64,000 bases of DNA from the human T2T-CHM13v2.0 reference genome, Homo sapiens (GCF_009914755.1 NC_060929.1); one strand, 5' to 3'. Positions 29,240-49,153 are shown, counted from the stretch's first letter. The notes: generated by a model not told the origin, from the sequence alone. Numbers and translations: made by a program.

Positions 29240-29455
29240 AGGTAGCATAACGTAATCATTAAAAGCATGAAATTTGGAGCCAGATTCTTTGGATTTAAAT
29301 ACCAGTTTCATCATCTGCTAGTTGTGAGACCTTGATCAAGTTATTCAAATTCTCTTTCTGTGTTTCCTCATCTGTAAAAATGGGAATAATCATAGCACTT
29401 ACATAATAGGGTTGTTCTGAGGATTAAATGAGCTATATTTGCAAAGCACTTAGAC
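29240..29455. mobile_element. MIR (representative; similar relics near 3270-3400, 21680-21860, 39530-39780 and 43420-43610)
   Basis: MIR core GTGAGACCTTGATCAAGTTA...TTTCCTCATCTGTAAAAATGGGAATAAT...GAGGATTAAATGAG. Confidence 0.75.
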
Positions 29456-30279
29456 AGAGATATGTACATATCTGTTAAATAAAATGCTACACAGATTTCA
29501 GGAGTCATACAAAGAGCTAAATGCAATATAACTCTTTACACCAGCAGCAAAAGTTTAAAATGGGCTTGTGAGGACACACAGAAACTAAAATGACACATTA
29601 CTGAACTGGGTATGAGATTTCAAAAGTGTTGTTAAAGATTAAATATATAGTGCTGGACTCTCGTCTTGAACTCCTGGCCTCAAGCAATCCCTCTGCCTCA
29701 GCACCCCAAAGTGCTGAGATTACAGATGTGGGCCATCATGCCCCGCCCCCTAAACATATTTAATCTTTCTAACATTGGCACTAAAATATGCCTAAATGTG
29801 CTTTACATTCCTGTGTAGTTCCAGACCAAGCCTGGCCTCTGTGTGACCTTGGGAAACACACTCCACCTTTCTCTGTCCCTGAATTGTCATTTTAAAACTA
29901 AAGGAACTGGACTACCTGTTTGATCTTTAAGGCCCAACTCTGATAGTCCCAGGAAGGTGGCAGCCCAAGTCTTAAGGAAAATATGAAATAAAAAGAGGAA
30001 AAGTAATAGACATTTTTATAGAATTTTAAGCAAAAAAGTTACTGGGTAGGACAGAAAGCAAACCTTCCCCTTTCCTTAAATAGAAGATAAAGTCTGAGTT
30101 TGCCTCACAATTCCATTTGTACAAAGGAGCAAGTACAGGACTAGGGCCCTGGCTCACTAGCGCCCACCCTGGAGGGACTGCACCAGGAGGACTTACTCAC
30201 ATATGAGGGTGCAGCACAGCATACACCCTCCAGAGGACTCTTATTTGTGCAATCCCATTAGAAGCAGGGCTGCACCAGA

Positions 30280-30535
30280 CATTAAAGGCCATATATTGTA
30301 TGATTCCGTCTACATGAAATGCTCAGAATAGGCAAACTCATAGAAACAGAATGCAGATTAGTGGTTTCCAGGGGCTGGGTAGGAGGAATAGGGAGTGATT
30401 GGTGATGGTTTCCCTTTGGGGTGATAAAAATGTTTTGGAATTAGACAGTGGTGATGGTTACACAACTCTGAACATACTAGCCACTGAACTGCATACTTTA
30501 AAAGTGTACAATTTATAAGTATCTAAATTATATCT
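30280..30535 (+). mobile_element. Old L1M (L1MB-like) 3' UTR fragment
   Basis: TGTATGATTCC...AATAGGCAAA...GATTAGTGGTTTCCAGGGGCTGGG...GGGGTGATAAAAATGTTTTGGAATTAGA. Confidence 0.7.
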
Positions 30536-31684
30536 TAGCAATGGGGGGAGGTCTATCTTTATAATAAACATTTCCAGTAGTCTGCCTCCTGTTATCAGTA
30601 AAAGAGGGAAGTAAGGAGATTAAGGTAATTATGTCAACAGTTCTTGATGAAAGGAAGGCTGGAATTAGATTCCGAATTGCCTATATAAGATGGCCAAAAA
30701 TTCTAGAAACTAGAAGTCAGAGATGAAAGACCCTGTTCTCAAAGAGCTCAAAGGGAAATTATGCACACGGAAAGAACAACCAGTAGGAAGAGGGGTATAC
30801 AATAAGGTACTGGTTGCTCCCCAGTGAGCACTGGGCAAGTCTTCAACCATCTACATGCTCCAACGTGCAGCAGACCCTGACCAGGAGCCAGGTGCACCTG
30901 AGCTTCACTCACAGACTTCCAAAGGGAGTCCAAAGGGAGAAAAGCTAGGAAGCCAAGTGAGCTTTTCCCAATTTCATCTTTGCATCCTGCAGTCTCTTGA
31001 CCCAATACTGACACTACTCCCCTTCTTGTGATGGCCCAAGGAGAGGAAACAGCAAGAGAAAGGCTGAAAGGTGAGAAAGGAAGGAAGTAAATTACTGGCA
31101 ATAGTTTGGCAAGATCGCGAACTCCTTACAGAGGTCACAGCAGCCAAAGTGACCTTAAAATATAAATCGTATCATGTCACCCCCTATTTAAAACCCATCC
31201 AAGGCAATCAGAAAATGCAAACTCCCTACCACCATCTGGAATGAAATGCACACTTCTACCACTGACCCTACCTGCTGGCACCTGCACCTCTCTGGTGCCT
31301 CCCCCACCACTCTTTGCTCACACAGAGCTAAGCTGTGTGCTGCCTCAGGGCCTGACACACTCTTCTCCCTCTCCCTGGCTCTGCTCTTGGCTGGCCCCTT
31401 CTCATTCCTCAGGTCTTCTCTACCAGAACTGTTTATTTACTTTAGAGGGCTTACCACACGGTCACTACTTTGCCTATTTCTTGCCTGGGTAGACTGCTCA
31501 TTCAACAAGGACAGAGAGTATGACTACCTTATTTCTTGCCATATCTAAAGTGCTACCACAGTGCCACACATGTGACTGGCATTTGATTTTTGCTAAATAG
31601 ATGAACCTGTATTTTAAAAAATAACTCTGGCTAGGGAGCATAAGAGTTACAAGAGGTATGGAGAATAGTTAAAATGAAGGTGAC

Positions 31685-32377
<693 letters not shown>

Positions 32378-33692
32378 GTGTTCACAGGTCACACTTTAAG
32401 CAACATGGATTTTGATGCTACTAAAGACCACCATTTTCAAATACTTTTTCTTTCTTTTGGACAATTATACAATCATATTGGTTATGCAATGAACAGACTT
32501 GATTAGACTAATGTAACACCGACCGCCTGAATATTTGCTCACGGGGGTCTGTATGCTTTATTCTGTGCACACAATCCCGTTTTTCCTTGAGTCTCCTCCA
32601 TAAAGCAGAGCCCGGGGTAGGCCTCAGGGCTATATGTAGCTAGACTTTCTGGAGTATGACTAAGTGTCTGTACCGGACTAACACAGTAACAACTACTAGG
32701 TAACTGCAATTTAATTGCTCAAATCAGAACTAACTTCTAAAACATGTTTCTTCCCTTATAGTCATAGACTAAATTCTAGCCTAACTAGTGACAGATACAA
32801 GCTGTAATAATGTGTTATCTGTGTCTTAGCCTCCTAGGTGAAAATTTTTTCTTCCTTTATTTTTATCCCTATGGTTGAAGAAAGTAGCAGAGACCAACTG
32901 AATGAAGGTAAAAACCACTGGCTTTCTTAGGAAGAACTGTAGAGCAAAACAAAATTCATTTCTGGAGAGGAATAATTCCTACTTGAACGAATGGAAAAAT
33001 AAAATCGTAGAATTAAAAAAAATAAACACATTGTAGAATAAAAACAACTTTGGTAATAAATTCAGATCCTAATCGTAAAAATTCATTTTTTAAGTAGCTC
33101 AATTATATAAATGACTCACTTATATAACCAAGGAGCTATATCATGGAGCATTTTTAAAGGTTTTTGTTTTTACACTAGGGTAAGCATTTCCCAAGTTTGT
33201 CTGTAACATGTGGCTTTTTCAAAATAAAAGAAAATGAGAAAATTCTCCCTACTGTCTCAATTAACGTAATTATGAATTAAGGAAGACCTAATTGATAGGG
33301 TTTTACTCTCTAGGTGCATAAATATATGGTGAAATACTCATTAAAATAATTACTAGACAGAAGTGCTCAGCTCCCTGTACCTTCTGAGATCCTCCCACCA
33401 GTAAAGGGAGGACGACAGAGTGGTAGCGCTTTCCTGTTAGTGTGCCAAAGAGAGGGGACACTGGTCACCAGGATAATCTAATGAAAATACCTCTGGGCTA
33501 ATCGTCAAGAGATAGGGATTAAGTTAAGGTTCCAAAATGGTGAATACTATCCCCACCCCTTATGTCCAACCTCATCCCTCCCCGCCGAGCTTTCACTTTT
33601 CTCCCGGGAATTGCGGATGTGCAGTCTACTGCAGCAGCCCTGCGGGGAGGAATGGAGGAAGGGAAGGGGACGGCTGCAGGGTGTGTCACTTA

Positions 33693-33833
<141 letters not shown>

Positions 33834-34133
33834 TCACGCGGGACAGCCGCCGCCCACACCGCGAGGCTGGGCCTGTTGTAGGAGTTTTCCTCTCGACTCG
33901 ATTAAAGGAGCGAGAAAAACAAACCACACGAAAGCTGGGCCTGCGCGTCCGCTGGGCTATGCCTTGAAGTCTGGGGATACCAGGCAGCCCCACCATTGTG
34001 CCTCTCCTACCTCCCGCAGGGGGCCCCGGCGCTTTGCGCAGCAACCCCCGGCGCCCGGGACGGTCCCAGGCACCCCCTTCCGCCCTCTCGCAGGGCCTGC
34101 TGGGCAGCGCTCCAGCCTGGGAAGCTGCGCTCA

Positions 34134-35069
<936 letters not shown>

Positions 35070-36234
35070 CTATTGCAAAAAGCAGGCAGAAAGGAGGCAG
35101 GCGTCCTTGTTGCTCCCGCCTGCAATTCACTGCGATGAGTTTGGCACCTACATTGCTGTGCTAAACCTAAGGCATTTTTGACCTAAAAAATTGAAATGTT
35201 TGAGCATCGTGAAAGAACTCTTTGGAAGCAGTCCTGCTTTCTCCCTCTTTGCCTTAACTTGGCAGTTTTTCTCACCTACAGACAATCGTTGCCTTGTAAA
35301 GACCCTTGAAGAAATCTAACACATCCTCCCTGGGGTACACCTTTTCCAAGCAAAAACTGCATTAAATCTTTTCATGGTGGGCTTGCGTTGTCTTGGTGTC
35401 TGATACTGTGGCAAGTGTCCAAATTCTCTCTGTGGAGCCAATATACTCTGCACTTCCTACAGTCAAAATACTCTGAAGAAGACGGAGATTCTAAGGTCCA
35501 AGCCTTAGGGCAGGAGCTCATTTTTGCTTCCTTCAGAATGAGTTGGCCATGCTCTTCCTCCACCTAAACCTAGGCTCCTCTTATCTCACCCATATGACTT
35601 CCAGACACTCCTAAAATTACTCTTGTTGACTCCTATTCTGCACACTGCTGCAGAATTTTTGTCCGAAGCTCCGTATTATTATCCTAACAGACTAGAGCTC
35701 CCATTCCTTGGCAGAGCATTCAATGCCCTGCCCACAACTGGCCCCGAACATTCTGTCTTGGTCCTACACAACCCCTCTGTGCTTTCAAATCTACTTAATT
35801 ACCCTACTGCCTTCCACTTCTGCAAAAAGTTATCTTGCCCACGCCTAGCTTTTTCCTTTTATGCTAATTCTCCTTCCTCCTTTCTTCCTCAGAGCTTCTT
35901 AGCTCAGCTTTCTCAGCTGTTCCTACCACCACCCAGCCAAATCAGTGAACAAGTGAAACAACCTGCTGTCTACTTCTGTCTTTTCACCTACAGTTAATTC
36001 TCAATGTGGCAGACAGTAGAATCTGTTTTAAAATGTGCGTCAAGTTGTGCTATGTTTTTGTTCTCAACCCTCCAGCAACTTCCTATCTGCCTGAAGGAGG
36101 GCATCAGGGTCACAGGTGACATGGTTCATCCCTCCCCTTTCTGATGTCTTCCCTTACTGCCTCCCTCCTTGCTGTGCCTCAGACAAGGTAAGCCCATTCC
36201 TGCCTCTGGGCGTTCGTTCACTTTTCTTCTATTT

Positions 36235-36483
36235 CAGTGGTTCTCAACCAGGAGCACTTCCTCTCCCCTTCTTCCTCCTGGGGGGAGGAGTAGCAATGTC
36301 TAGAGATACTTTCGTTGTGAAACAGATTGTCACACAAGGAGAGCAGGAGGTGGCAAGTGCAACTAGCATCTAGTGGTTAGAGACTAGGGGTGCTGCTAAA
36401 CATCCTGTAACACACAGGACAGCCCCCACAACAAAGAATTATCCAGCCCCAAATGTCAATAATGTGACAGTCCAGAAACCCTC
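36235..36483. mobile_element. MER20 (hAT-Charlie) DNA transposon relic about 1.5 kb upstream of REEP5
   Basis: CAGTGGTTCTCAACC start; GCTGCTAAACATCCTG...GGACAGCCCCCACAACAAAGAATTATCCAGCCCCAAATGTCAATA. Confidence 0.85.
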
Positions 36484-36493
36484 CTCTATCTGA

Positions 36494-36826
<333 letters not shown>

Positions 36827-36959
36827 TAGTATAGATGGGGTTTCACTATGTTACCCAGGCCAGTCTTGAACTCTGTGATCTGCCCACCTTGGCCTCCCAA
36901 AGTTCTGGGATTACAGGTATGAGCCACCACCATGCCAGACCATGTTCTATTTTTAAATT

Positions 36960-37105
36960 ATCTTTCTTTCCTCACTAGATTATGAGCTCCGTGAGGGTAG
37001 ACATTTTTGCTTATTTTATTTGCTTCAATATTTTAAGCACATTGAACAGTGCCTGGCACTTAGTAGTTGTTCAATAACTATTTGTTGAATTAATGAATGA
37101 ATGAA
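36960..37105. mobile_element. L2 3' end (a similar end with (TTCA)n lies near 45830-45960)
   Basis: TAGATTATGAGCTCCGTGAGGG...ACAGTGCCTGGCACTTAGTAG...TTGTTGAATTAATGAATGAATGAA. Confidence 0.7.
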
Positions 37106-37304
37106 TATCTAACATGTGTTGTACCACCCAGTATTCCAAGTGTTACGTGGACTAGTTCATTTAATCCTCACAGCTGCATGAGGAAGATGCTACCTGTTTC
37201 ATCCTCATTTAAGGAAAAAAAAAATGAGACATAGTGAGTTCCCATATCACAATAAGTGGCAGAGCTAGAATTCAGAATCAGGCTCTTACCCCTATATTAC
37301 ATTG

Positions 37305-38341
<1,037 letters not shown>

Positions 38342-39668
38342 GCTGCTTAGCAGAATAACTGAACTGTAAACTTCAAACCAGTTGTGAGTTTGTATAATTT
38401 CCTACTGAGTACAGTATGTATATTAAGTTGGGGTTGTTTTTGAATACTTAAAGTGATTCATAATTTGATTTTTTTTTTTTTTTTGAGATGGAGTCTGCCT
38501 CTGTCACCCAGACTGGAGTCCAGTGGCATGATCTTGGCTCACCGCAACCTCAGCCTCCCAGGTTCAAATGATTCTCGTGCATCAGCCTCCTGAGTAACTG
38601 GGACTACAGGTGCACACCACCACGCCTGGCTAATTTTTGTATTTTTTTGTAGAGATGGGGTTTCACCATGTTGGCCAGGCTGGTCTTGAACTCCTGACCT
38701 CAAGTGATCTGCCTGCCTCAGCCTCCCAAAGTGCTGGGATTACAGGTGGCCACAGTGCCGGTCCTGATTTTTTTTTTTTTTTTTTTTTTTTTTTAGACAA
38801 GGTTTGACTGTATCACCCAGGCTGAAGTGCAGTGCACAATGTTGGCTCACTGACCTCCACCTCCTGGGCTTACGCCATCCTCCCACCTCAGCCTTCCAAG
38901 TAGCTGGGACTACAGGTGTGCACCACCATACCCAGCTAATTCTTGTACTTTTTTGTAGAGATGGAGTTTTGCCATGTTGCCCAGGCTGGCCTCAAACTTG
39001 TGAGCTCAAGTGATCCGCCCATCTCAGCCTCCCAAAGTGCTAGGATTACAGGCATGAGCCGCTACACCCAGCCTCACAATTTGATTGTTTTATTTATTAT
39101 TTATTTATTTTAGCAAAGGAGCAAAATCCTTTTAAGTTAGGTATCCAAATCAACCTAGGTTTTTGTCACTACATTTCATGCAGTGGCAACATTTGTACTA
39201 CATTAACTATGCATGGAATATCTAGAAACATATTGTTCATTTGCATTTCTTCCTTTCTTCCTTTTTTTTTAATTTTTTTATTTTTCAAGACAGGATCTTA
39301 CTCTGTTGTCCTGGCTGGAGTGCAGCGGCACCATCATGGCTCACTGGAGCCCTGACCTCTTGGGCTCAAGCAATCCTCCCACCTTGACCCCACAAAGTGC
39401 TGGGATTATAGATGTGAGCCACTGTGCCCAGCCCTTGGCTTTCTTTCTGTAAATATTGCTCTTTTCAATTTTCTCTTGACATAGATTCCAAATTTCTTCT
39501 TTCTTCAAGCATTCAACCAATGGTGAGGCAAAGCAGTATAGTGAGGCATAGTGTGGAGTTCTATCTCTGGATTCAGTCTGTATGAGCTAAATCCCAGCTC
39601 TACCATTTAGCTATGTGACTTTGGGCAAGTTGCATAAGCTCTCTGTGCTTCTGGTCTCTCATCTGTAA

Positions 39669-40034
<366 letters not shown>

Positions 40035-41498
40035 TGATCTTGAACTCCTGAGCTCAAGCAATCCTCCCACCTCAGGCTGCCAAGGTGCTGGGATTACAGG
40101 AGTGAGCCATCATGCCCAGCCTCTAAAATTGAGATAGAGAAATATTACATTATTCTTGACTTTAGTAAATTACAATCAGATTCGGGGAGTATGGGATCCT
40201 AGTTTATCCCATCAGCACTGTAAACCTTAGATTCTTTCATAGCAGAGGAAAGAGATGCAGAAAATAAGAACCCAGAACCCTGCCTAAGGTCTCAAACTAT
40301 TCACTTACTCATATTTACTAAATATATCCTGTGTGCCAGATGCTGTTAGATCTGGGAACTAGATAGATGAGATCTGTTTTGGAGGCTGTGAAGAAGGTTG
40401 GCCTGGAACCGGTTGACACTGGCAATTTTTTTTTTTTTTGTCCCCCAGGCTGGAGTGCAGTGGCGCAATCTTGGCTCACTGAAAGCTCTGCCACCTGGGA
40501 TCATGCCATTCTCCTGCCTCAGCCTACTGAGTAGCTGGGACTACAGGCACCCGCCACCACACCCGGCTAATTTTTTTTTTTTTTTGTATTTTTAGTAGAG
40601 ATGGGGTTTTGCCGTGTTAGACGGGATGGTCTCGATCTCCTAACCTTGTGATCCGCCCGCCTCAGCCTGCCAAAGTGCTGGGATTACAGGCATGAGCTAC
40701 TGCACCTGGCCAACTTTGGCAGTTTCTAAGGAGGAAGTTGAACTGACTTGGGATGAGGCAAATACTATTATTATACCCTCTGTGAGCTAGAGAAGAAAAT
40801 TCTGCTGGAGAACTCAGATCAGGTCACTTTTGTTCTACACAAACTGTTTCTTCAGGGTAAGAAAACAAGTTGAAGTCATCAAACACATTTGTTCTTACTC
40901 ATGTTAGGAAGAAGAGGTACAGCATAATTTGTCAGGTAATCTCTTCCTTCCTTTCCCCCACCCCTGCATTTGTAGGGTACCCTGGTATGGCACCAATGAG
41001 ACAGGCAGGAGACCCTCAGCCCCTGCAGACACAGCCCTGTTGGCACATACACCCTCCCTCTGCTGCAGGAGGCTTATGATGACATGTCATCAGAATAAAA
41101 AGGGAAAAAGACAGAGTAAACAAAACCTGAGACACGGACTTGCCAGACGATGGGAGGAAAATGTAGAGTCTGAATGTAATTTAAGAAAGAGCATTGAAGG
41201 AAATAAAATGTGAAAATCACCATGTTTCATTGAATATATTTGAATTACATTTTCTTTACCTCATTTGTCCTATTCTTAAACATTTTCTACTGAAAATATG
41301 GACAAAGCATTTTAATGTATTTCTCCCCTTATCAAACAGGAAGTTGATTTTTAAAAATTAGTGCTCACAGTTGAGAATAAACCAACATGGAAATATCCTT
41401 TAGTTTAGCAAAAGTATTTTTATGTGAAATTACTAATATGTCATTGCTATTGCACACAAATCTAGAGATTTCTCACCAGGTTTAAAAATGTCCTTTAT

Positions 41499-41853
<355 letters not shown>

Positions 41854-42443
41854 CTAATAGGAGAAAACAAGTCACTAATAGGTTGTTTCTCTATGCTCAA
41901 GACCAGTTAGTCCAGTTCCAGATAAAGCCTGGGGTTTGGATTCCATACCAGGATAATACGGCGTTCACTCACCCTGGGGTATGGGTCCAACTATAGAGAA
42001 CAATCCACATTTGCCTCCTAGCCTACAGGGTGGCAAGAAGTTTTGCTTTTCTTTTCATGTGAGAGAAGGACCAGAAGGAGTCAGACAATTTTGCCCACTT
42101 CCTTTCGTGATGAGACATCAGGTAAATATAGTTAACATAAATAAAGAAACTGACCAGGCCAGGTGCTGTGGCTCATGCCTGTAATCCCAGTACTTTGGGA
42201 AGCCAAGGCAGGAGGATCTCTTAAGCCCAGGAGTTTGTGATCTCCTCTCTATAAGAAAAATTTTAGAATTAGCCAGGCAAGTTGGCATGCTCCTGCAGTT
42301 TCAGCTACTGAGGAGACTAAGGCAGGAAAATGGCTTGAGCCAGCGAGGTCCAGAGTGCAGTGAGCTATGATCACACCAGAGTGAGACCCTGTCTCAGAAA
42401 AAATAAATAAAAATAAAAAAGAAAAGAAAAAGAAACTAAGCAG

Positions 42444-43298
<855 letters not shown>

Positions 43299-44609
43299 CT
43301 AGCCTTACATGGGGGACCCATAACCAGCATCAAGTTCCCTGGAAAGAATGAACATATTGAGATCAGACAACTGGTGTAAGTCCTTTCACTCACATCAAGC
43401 GCCATCCCAGGACATGGCACAGGGTCAAAGCACAGGCCCTGGAGCAGATACCCTGGATCCCTTACTTACTAGCTGTGCACTTGTGGGAAAGTTCTCAACC
43501 TGCAAAAGCCCCACTGTTCTCAGCCTGTAAAACAAAGATAATGCTAGTATCTACCTCATATAATTGTTGGAATAAATGAGATACTCCACGTAAAGCACTT
43601 CACAGAGTGCCTATCTGAAGGGCACATACATCAATGAAGTAGACACTAACAAGAGTTTATGCCCAAAATTATACTATCTTCTCTTATTCTTTTGATTCAA
43701 GGATTTGGTATCTGTGAAAATCAAAATACTCTGGCAAAAATAAGAGCACATTGTCATCAACAATTTGACTATGGGAAAGAAGGAGGAAAAGAAAATGTAT
43801 ACTGAGCACCTATTTTGTGTTAGACAATTTGTATGAAGATGCTGACAGCATATTTTGTTGGAGTCAGGGGTCACTAAGTACCTGAGGATTAAAGGAGTAG
43901 TGTTTTCCAAGGTACAAAGTAGTGAAACAGAATTGCTTATTTTTCAGTTTTGTCTAGGATCCTTGGATTAACCCTTGGCCAAGTGAAAGGGACCCTCCAG
44001 GCCTACACAGATGTGAGCAAGGAATTGACCTACAAACAAATGTCAGGTCAAAGTCAAGCTGTTCTCTGACATGCAGCAAGCTGATTTATGCAGCTCTTTA
44101 TCACTTAGCAGTCTCTTAATGCTTCCTGTCTCTCCTCAGTCTCTGACTTTCAGCCTATTTTGGATGAGTTTTGGCCCATGTTCCTCTAGCTCTTGGACAT
44201 CAATCATGCTGTGACCACACTGGTTGACTCAAGGACGTGCGTCTTCCTTTCATTACATAGATAACTTTTGCTTTATGATGAGCTCTGTCATGCAGTTAGG
44301 AGAGAATTGATTGATGACATAGCCTTTTGCATTTTACCCAGTCTAGTCTCCCTAAAGTCCATGCTGATGGAGATTTATAACTAGTTAGTGTTGGGGGATT
44401 TGGAATAAGGTTTGGGAGGACAGGCTTGTTTTTGTTTTTTTCACACCATTGTTCCCAGCACATCTTTATCTGTTCACAGCCATAACAAAAACACCCTACT
44501 AAAAGTGAGAATTCATTAGTCTAAAAAAATTACAATATATACTCTTTCCAAACAGCACCAACTATTATATGCATCATCTTAACCACCTTTATAGAGTTTA
44601 CTGAAAGTC

Positions 44610-44645
44610 ATTGCTTCTCCGCCTTTTGGCTAAGATCAAGGGTAG
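44610..44645 (+). pseudogene. 3'-truncated (tailless) U2 snRNA retropseudogene, U2 nt 1-36
   Basis: ATTGCTTCTCCGCCTTTTGGCTAAGATCAAGGGTAG vs U2 ATCGCTTCTCGGCCTTTTGGCTAAGATCAAGTGTAG (33/36); flanking direct repeat TAGA(G/A)TTTACTGAAAGTC. Confidence 0.9.
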
Positions 44646-46601
44646 AATTTACTGAAAGTCACAAGTGAGACTCTAATTTTATACTTTTGATGGTTTTTTG
44701 TTTTTTTTTTTAAGATGGAATCTCGCTCTGTTGCCCAGGCTGGAGTGCAATGGCGTGATCTCAGTTCACTGCAACCTCCAGTCTCCTGGGTTCAAGCGAT
44801 TCTTCTACCTCAGCCTCCTGAGTAGCTGGGATTACACGCACATGCCACTACGCCCACCTAAATTTTGTAATTTTAGTAGAGATGAGGTTTCACCTTCTTC
44901 CTAGACTGGTCTCGAACTCCTGACCTCAGGTGATCCACTTGCCTCAGCCTCCCAAAGTGCTGGGATTGGAGATGTGAGCCACTGTGCCTGGCCTGATAGT
45001 CATTCTTATGCAAATAGTTTGGACTTGAAACATCAATAGTGATAACTGTAACTTCTAATTTTGTACAATAGTAACTGAGTTAGTGTTTAATACAATATAC
45101 CCAGTCTATATCACATGTGTATTTGGTATGTTTATAACCCAACACACTGGCATATGAAATGGATTAAAGGGAGAGTCTCCATTTCTGGATTCTTTGGAAA
45201 TGTGATTACTTACAACCTGTCTTTAACATGTAGGAAAACCGTTTTACTTCGATTATTTCACATCAAGTTCGCAACTTGCAAAATTAAGTGGAGGATAGGC
45301 AGTTTTCTTAATAAACTAATACAGAAAACAACATTGGCTTAATTTCAGAGTAATCTTTTTAAATACATTATTTTTATAGTTAACTGGAACCACTTTTCCA
45401 ATTTGTATTTATTCAGAGGAAAAATTTTTAAAAGTCACCTTGGACTGAAGACCAGCATCAGTTTATATGGTGTGAGTTCTTTCCATTTGCCTTAGATTGC
45501 ACCTACACTGACAGAAGAAAGTAAAAAGGTAAGCAATTATCTTAGGATTGTACTAGTAAAAATTATATCAATTATATCTACTTGGTGTAGACAGCCCAGC
45601 CTGTCTTTCAGCATAGGAAAATTGGTCATGGGTAGATTTTTCAGGGTGACTTAGTTTGAGACCAAGAAATAGTCATTGCTGTTTTTGTCAAGTATAAAAT
45701 AGATTCCAGAATGCATTCCTTCATCCTCGAAGGCCCTTCTCATTAGCATTGGACCTAATTATCTAGATATAATTTGTTAAAGGTTTTACACTTCTTTAAA
45801 GAAGGCTACTGAGTCACCAGCATTTAATATTCATTCATTCATTCATTCATTCATTCATTTAACAACTATTCACTGAGCACCTACTATCTGCTAGGCACTG
45901 AAGATACACCAGGAACCAATATAGATTAGGTCCAAGCTCTATGGATCTCACAGATTATAACCACAGCAACATTTGCTATGTGTCATTAAGAGTTTGAAAC
46001 TTTAATATCTTAACCTAATATTTATATTTTTCTTATCACTAAAGAAAAAACTATTATCAATAAATTTGATAACTGATAAACTCAATGTGATTATGTTTTT
46101 ATCATATATCCTTTGTTCTCTCTTTACCTGTGACTTTGCTAGCAGTAAATTCTTTTTAACTTCATTAGCTTTTCTTTTCCCTTTCCCACAGATCCAGCAG
46201 TTGAGGGAGCACTGGCTTCATGGTTGAGTCATCATTTTGCTAAATTATGTAATAAATTCATAAATACTAACAGTGGAAAAACTAAACAGTGGAGGGAAAA
46301 TCCACTGTTTATCTTCATCTCCCAGTCTCCCAGTATTTCACCAGTGGTATCAATTATGAAATGTCAGACTCATAGGGAATGGGAGACAGAGCTGGTCAAT
46401 GATCTGACCAAGCATCTGATGATGATAATGTTTTTATTATATAAGGAGACACTTAAAACTGTATAAATAGACATTTTATTGTTTTCCTCTAAATGTGTTT
46501 AACTCTAAAAATGTTTTAGTGCAAAATGTGTTAGCAGTTAGCAATTGTTTGTTATACTAGTGATCCAACATCTGTTAACAATGAGGTTCTGGCATACCAT
46601 C

Positions 46602-46975
46602 TGTATTAGTCCATTCTCATGCTGCTATAAAGAACTGCCTGAGACTGGGTAATTTACAAAGAAAGGAGGTTTAATTGACTCACAGTTCTGTGGGGCTGGG
46701 GACACCTAGAAAATTTACAAGTATGGTAGAAGGGGAAGCAAACACATCCTTCTTCACATGCTGGCAAGAGAGAGAATGAGAACCAAGTGAAGCGGGGAGT
46801 CCCTTATAAAACCATCAAATCTTGTGAAAACTTACTCATTATCATGAGAATAGCATGAGGGTAATCACCCCCATGATTCAATTATCTCCCACTGGGTCCC
46901 ACCCATGACACTTGGGGATTATGGAAACTACAATTCAAGATGAGATTTGGGTGGGGACACAGCCAAACCATATCA
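46602..46975 (-). mobile_element. THE1 (MaLR) solo LTR
   Basis: Reverse strand begins TGATATGGTTTGGCTGTGTCCCCACCCAAATCTCATCTTG; 5-bp TSD CCATC at 46597-46601 and 46976-46980. Confidence 0.9.
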
Positions 46976-47720
46976 CCATCCCACATGAGTAATTCTGAAG
47001 AAAAGGAAGCCAGAGTAGCAGGGTAGCAGTCACCCCAAAATAACCCTGAGACTACAGCTTTGGGCAGAGCAACCCCTAGGCAAAAGCTATGAAGTGAGCA
47101 GAGCTGTTTATCCATTAACTCATCTGTTCTATACCCATCTATACTGGCTGTGATATTCCAACATTATGCACAAGGATAAACAAGATTTACTTCCTGCCCA
47201 AAGAAATTTACACATTTTAGCTTCCTTCCTAAAGTCAGCTTCCTGAATTTTCTACACTTACACACCCATAAGGCCAGTATCCTACTGTTCTTTGGCCTCT
47301 TGATTTCCTCCTCTTATCAAAAACTCTTCTTAATTAGCTACAAGTTGGGAGTAAACCAATAGTTAATTCATACTAAGGTGTAAAAGACTATATGGCTGAA
47401 CACATTGTATTCTACTATCTTTCTCAGACGTGTTTGCATTTTTAGAGAAAGGAAGCCTTAAATTTGAAGCTGTGAAACTAATGGTGGAACTCCAGGTATT
47501 AGTAAAGCAATAGCAGAGACTTTTTTTTTTTGAGACGGAGTCTCACTCTGTCATCCAGGCGGGAGTGCAGTGGCATGATCTTGGCTCACTGCAACCTCTG
47601 CCTCCTGGGTTCAAGTGATTCTCCTGCCTCAGCCTCCTAAGTAGCTGGGATTACAGGCACACGCCACCACATTGGGCTAATTTTTTGTATTTTTAGTAGA
47701 GATAGCATTTCACTATGTTA

Positions 47721-48023
<303 letters not shown>

Positions 48024-48530
48024 TTAGTCTCCAACTAAAGAAAAGTTTTCATGGCTTTTTAAAGTTTATTATCCACTTATTTGTCCAACAAATGCTTGTT
48101 GAGTGCCTGTAAAATGCCGGTCATAGTGTTAAGCAAAAATAAACTTTTTTTTTTTTTTCTCATTCACTCTGTCACCTAGGCTGGAGTACAGTGGCTCAAT
48201 CTTAGCTCACTATAACTTCTGCCTCCTGGGTTCATGCGATTCTCACGTCTCAGCCTCCTGAGTAGCTGGGAATACAGGTGTGAGCCACCATGCCTGGCGA
48301 ATTTTTGTGCTTTTTGTAGAGTCTGGTTTTCACCATATTGGCCAGGCTGGTCTCGACCTCAAGTGATCTGCCTGCCTTGGCTTTCCAAAGTGCTGGGATT
48401 ACAAGCATGAGTCACCAGACCCAGCCAAAAAACTAAACATTTCTATTGGCATTAATAACACAAAACATAAAATGGATAAGTTTACATTTGACATGAATAT
48501 GTGGTATACTTATTTATTTATTTATTTTGA

Positions 48531-48850
<320 letters not shown>

Positions 48851-49153
48851 TGACTTGGGAACATAATAGTCTAAGGACATATTCATATTATAAATAATTT
48901 TCCTCAAATGTATATGTAAGTTTAACACAGTCTTAACATTTGGGATTTGACAAAATGATTCTAATTACCAGTAAGAATAAACAAACATGTGAAAGGAACT
49001 AGTAACATTTCAAAATAGAAAAGTCTGAGCAAAGCGTGCCTTACCACATATATAGCTACAGTAATTAAAACTATGGGTCCTGGTGCAGGGATGGACAAAC
49101 CACAGAAATAAAATAGCACATGGACAGTCCAATATATACAGGAAATTAGCGTG

